From assembly GCA_041288095.1 (NCBI GenBank), contig JBGGMJ010000136.1, forward strand, positions 5,706 through 69,705: DNA of 64,000 nucleotides. Direction: 5' to 3'. Position numbers and translations under genes: made by a program. Source of the stretch: Myxococcota bacterium (GTDB taxonomy: Bacteria; Myxococcota; XYA12-FULL-58-9; JALHOP01). Below the pieces are notes generated by a model. That model was not told the origin of the DNA. It saw only the letters and a program-made list of their open reading frames with translations, and ran no database searches. Below are positions 62,889 through 64,000 of the stretch, in pieces; position 1 is the first letter of the stretch, and each line of letters opens with the position of its first letter.

Positions 62889-64000
62889 TGCGCAAGCTAG
62901 CAAACCTCATGGCGATGGCCGTCGTGGCGCTCGCGGCGGGCTGTGGTGACGACAGCGACGACGAGGTGTTGCGCGCCGAGTGTTTCGCCAACGAAGAGTG
63001 CGGCAACGGCGCCTGTTTCCTCGGAACATGCGTCGACACCGGCGCCGGCCTCGGCACGGTCGACATCGACGTGCAGCCACGCGACAACTCGGGGGCCCTG
63101 CGCCAGCGTCTGTCACGGGTGTTCGACGTCGCGTCCGGCTCGCAAGATCTGTATCTCGCGCCCACCATCCAGGTGGTCGGCCAGGTGAGCCACGTGGGCG
63201 AGCCGTTCACCGGCACGGTGCGCGCCTACAGCGTCGTCGACGGTAACTGTCACCCAACCAGCACCGACGCGGTCCTCGTTTACGATGGCGACGTCGTGGC
63301 CGACCAAGTGGCGATCGCCTTGGTCCCCGGCCGCTACCGCGTGGTCATGACACCCGCGGAGTCGATGCTCATCCGTCCGCCGTTGATCATCCCCAACGAC
63401 GGCGCCTGCGGCATCGAGGTGAGCGACGGTACGCGCCTCGACGCCATCTATTCGAACGACGGCGCGCTGGTGACGGTGCGCGGCCGACTCCGCTATAGCA
63501 TCAATGACAGCACTGGCGTTGCCGGCGCCCAGATCACGGTTCGAACCAGCATCGGCGGCGCGGAGCACAGCTCCGCCACCGTCGAGACCGCGGGCGACGG
63601 CTCCTTCGCGGTCCACTTGCCCGAGGGCGGCACGGTCTTCGCTGCGGACGTCAAAGGCGGCAGCAACGTCAACGTGCCGACGGTCGTCTTCAACAACTTG
63701 ACTCGTACCGGCGACACCGTCGGCGACCTAAACCTCGGCGTCAGCGCGCTCGTCAGCGTGCCGCTCACGGTGACCGACGACGTGGGCACCGGCGTCGCGG
63801 ATGCCACCGTCCTCATCACCGGCCAGGTCGGCGCCGGCACGCTGTCGCTCACGACCGCGACCAACCCGAGTGGTGGCGCTACCCTCGGGCTGCGAGTCGG
63901 CACGTACAACGTCGTCGTGTTGCCGAAGCGGACCGCGACCGTCGGCCTCGTCCGCACCACGCTCGCCATCGGCGAAGGCGCGGCGGCCCCGACACTGACC
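62888..64000 (+). CDS. Lipoprotein with Cys-rich N-terminus and beta-sandwich (carboxypeptidase-regulatory-like) repeats, truncated at window end
   Basis: TGATG overlap with upstream stop; MRKLANLMAMAVVALAAGC lipobox; CFANEECGNGACFLGTC; open to window end. Confidence 0.8.
   Translation, partial: MRKLANLMAMAVVALAAGCGDDSDDEVLRAECFANEECGNGACFLGTCVDTGAGLGTVDIDVQPRDNSGALRQRLSRVFDVASGSQDLYLAPTIQVVGQVSHVGEPFTGTVRAYSVVDGNCHPTSTDAVLVYDGDVVADQVAIALVPGRYRVVMTPAESMLIRPPLIIPNDGACGIEVSDGTRLDAIYSNDGALVTVRGRLRYSINDSTGVAGAQITVRTSIGGAEHSSATVETAGDGSFAVHLPEGGTVFAADVKGGSNVNVPTVVFNNLTRTGDTVGDLNLGVSALVSVPLTVTDDVGTGVADATVLITGQVGAGTLSLTTATNPSGGATLGLRVGTYNVVVLPKRTATVGLVRTTLAIGEGAAAPTLT

Overview
GC-rich bacterial chromosomal segment, most consistent with a Myxococcota / deltaproteobacterial genome. 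This is inferred from the FHA-GAF-sigma54 activator, Ser/Thr kinases with PEGA-like domains, TPR-cNMP protein and thrS-infC-rpmI-rplT-pheST-ihfA-merR order. The backbone is housekeeping: xerD, site-2 protease, scpAB, rluB, mrp, cysQ-like, thiolase, mutL, pgi, surE with a LysM-M23 gene, the translation operon and three tRNAs (Lys-UUU, Pro-GGG, Val-GAC). Short orphan genes are wedged between these, often on the opposite strand. The main unexplained signal is a bipartite motif, GCAAC-N14-NNCGAT(A/G), resembling a sigma28/FliA promoter. It sits at exact spacing just upstream of four orphan genes, with two weaker variants. Those genes lack signal peptides and include a permuted papain-like protein and an M15-type Zn peptidase, suggesting a dispersed alternative-sigma regulon of possibly exported effectors (inference). 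The right third holds envelope modules: a TonB-dependent receptor / binding lipoprotein / porin operon near a possibly split receptor kinase, a lipid-scavenging locus (lipase lipoprotein, FadL-TSP3-OmpA fusion, divergent fadD), and a kinase-TPR-FHA/sigma54 activator-lipoprotein operon with a sigma54 box. No CRISPR array, rRNA, transposase or prophage was seen. All calls are by eye from sequence motifs; no database searches were run.
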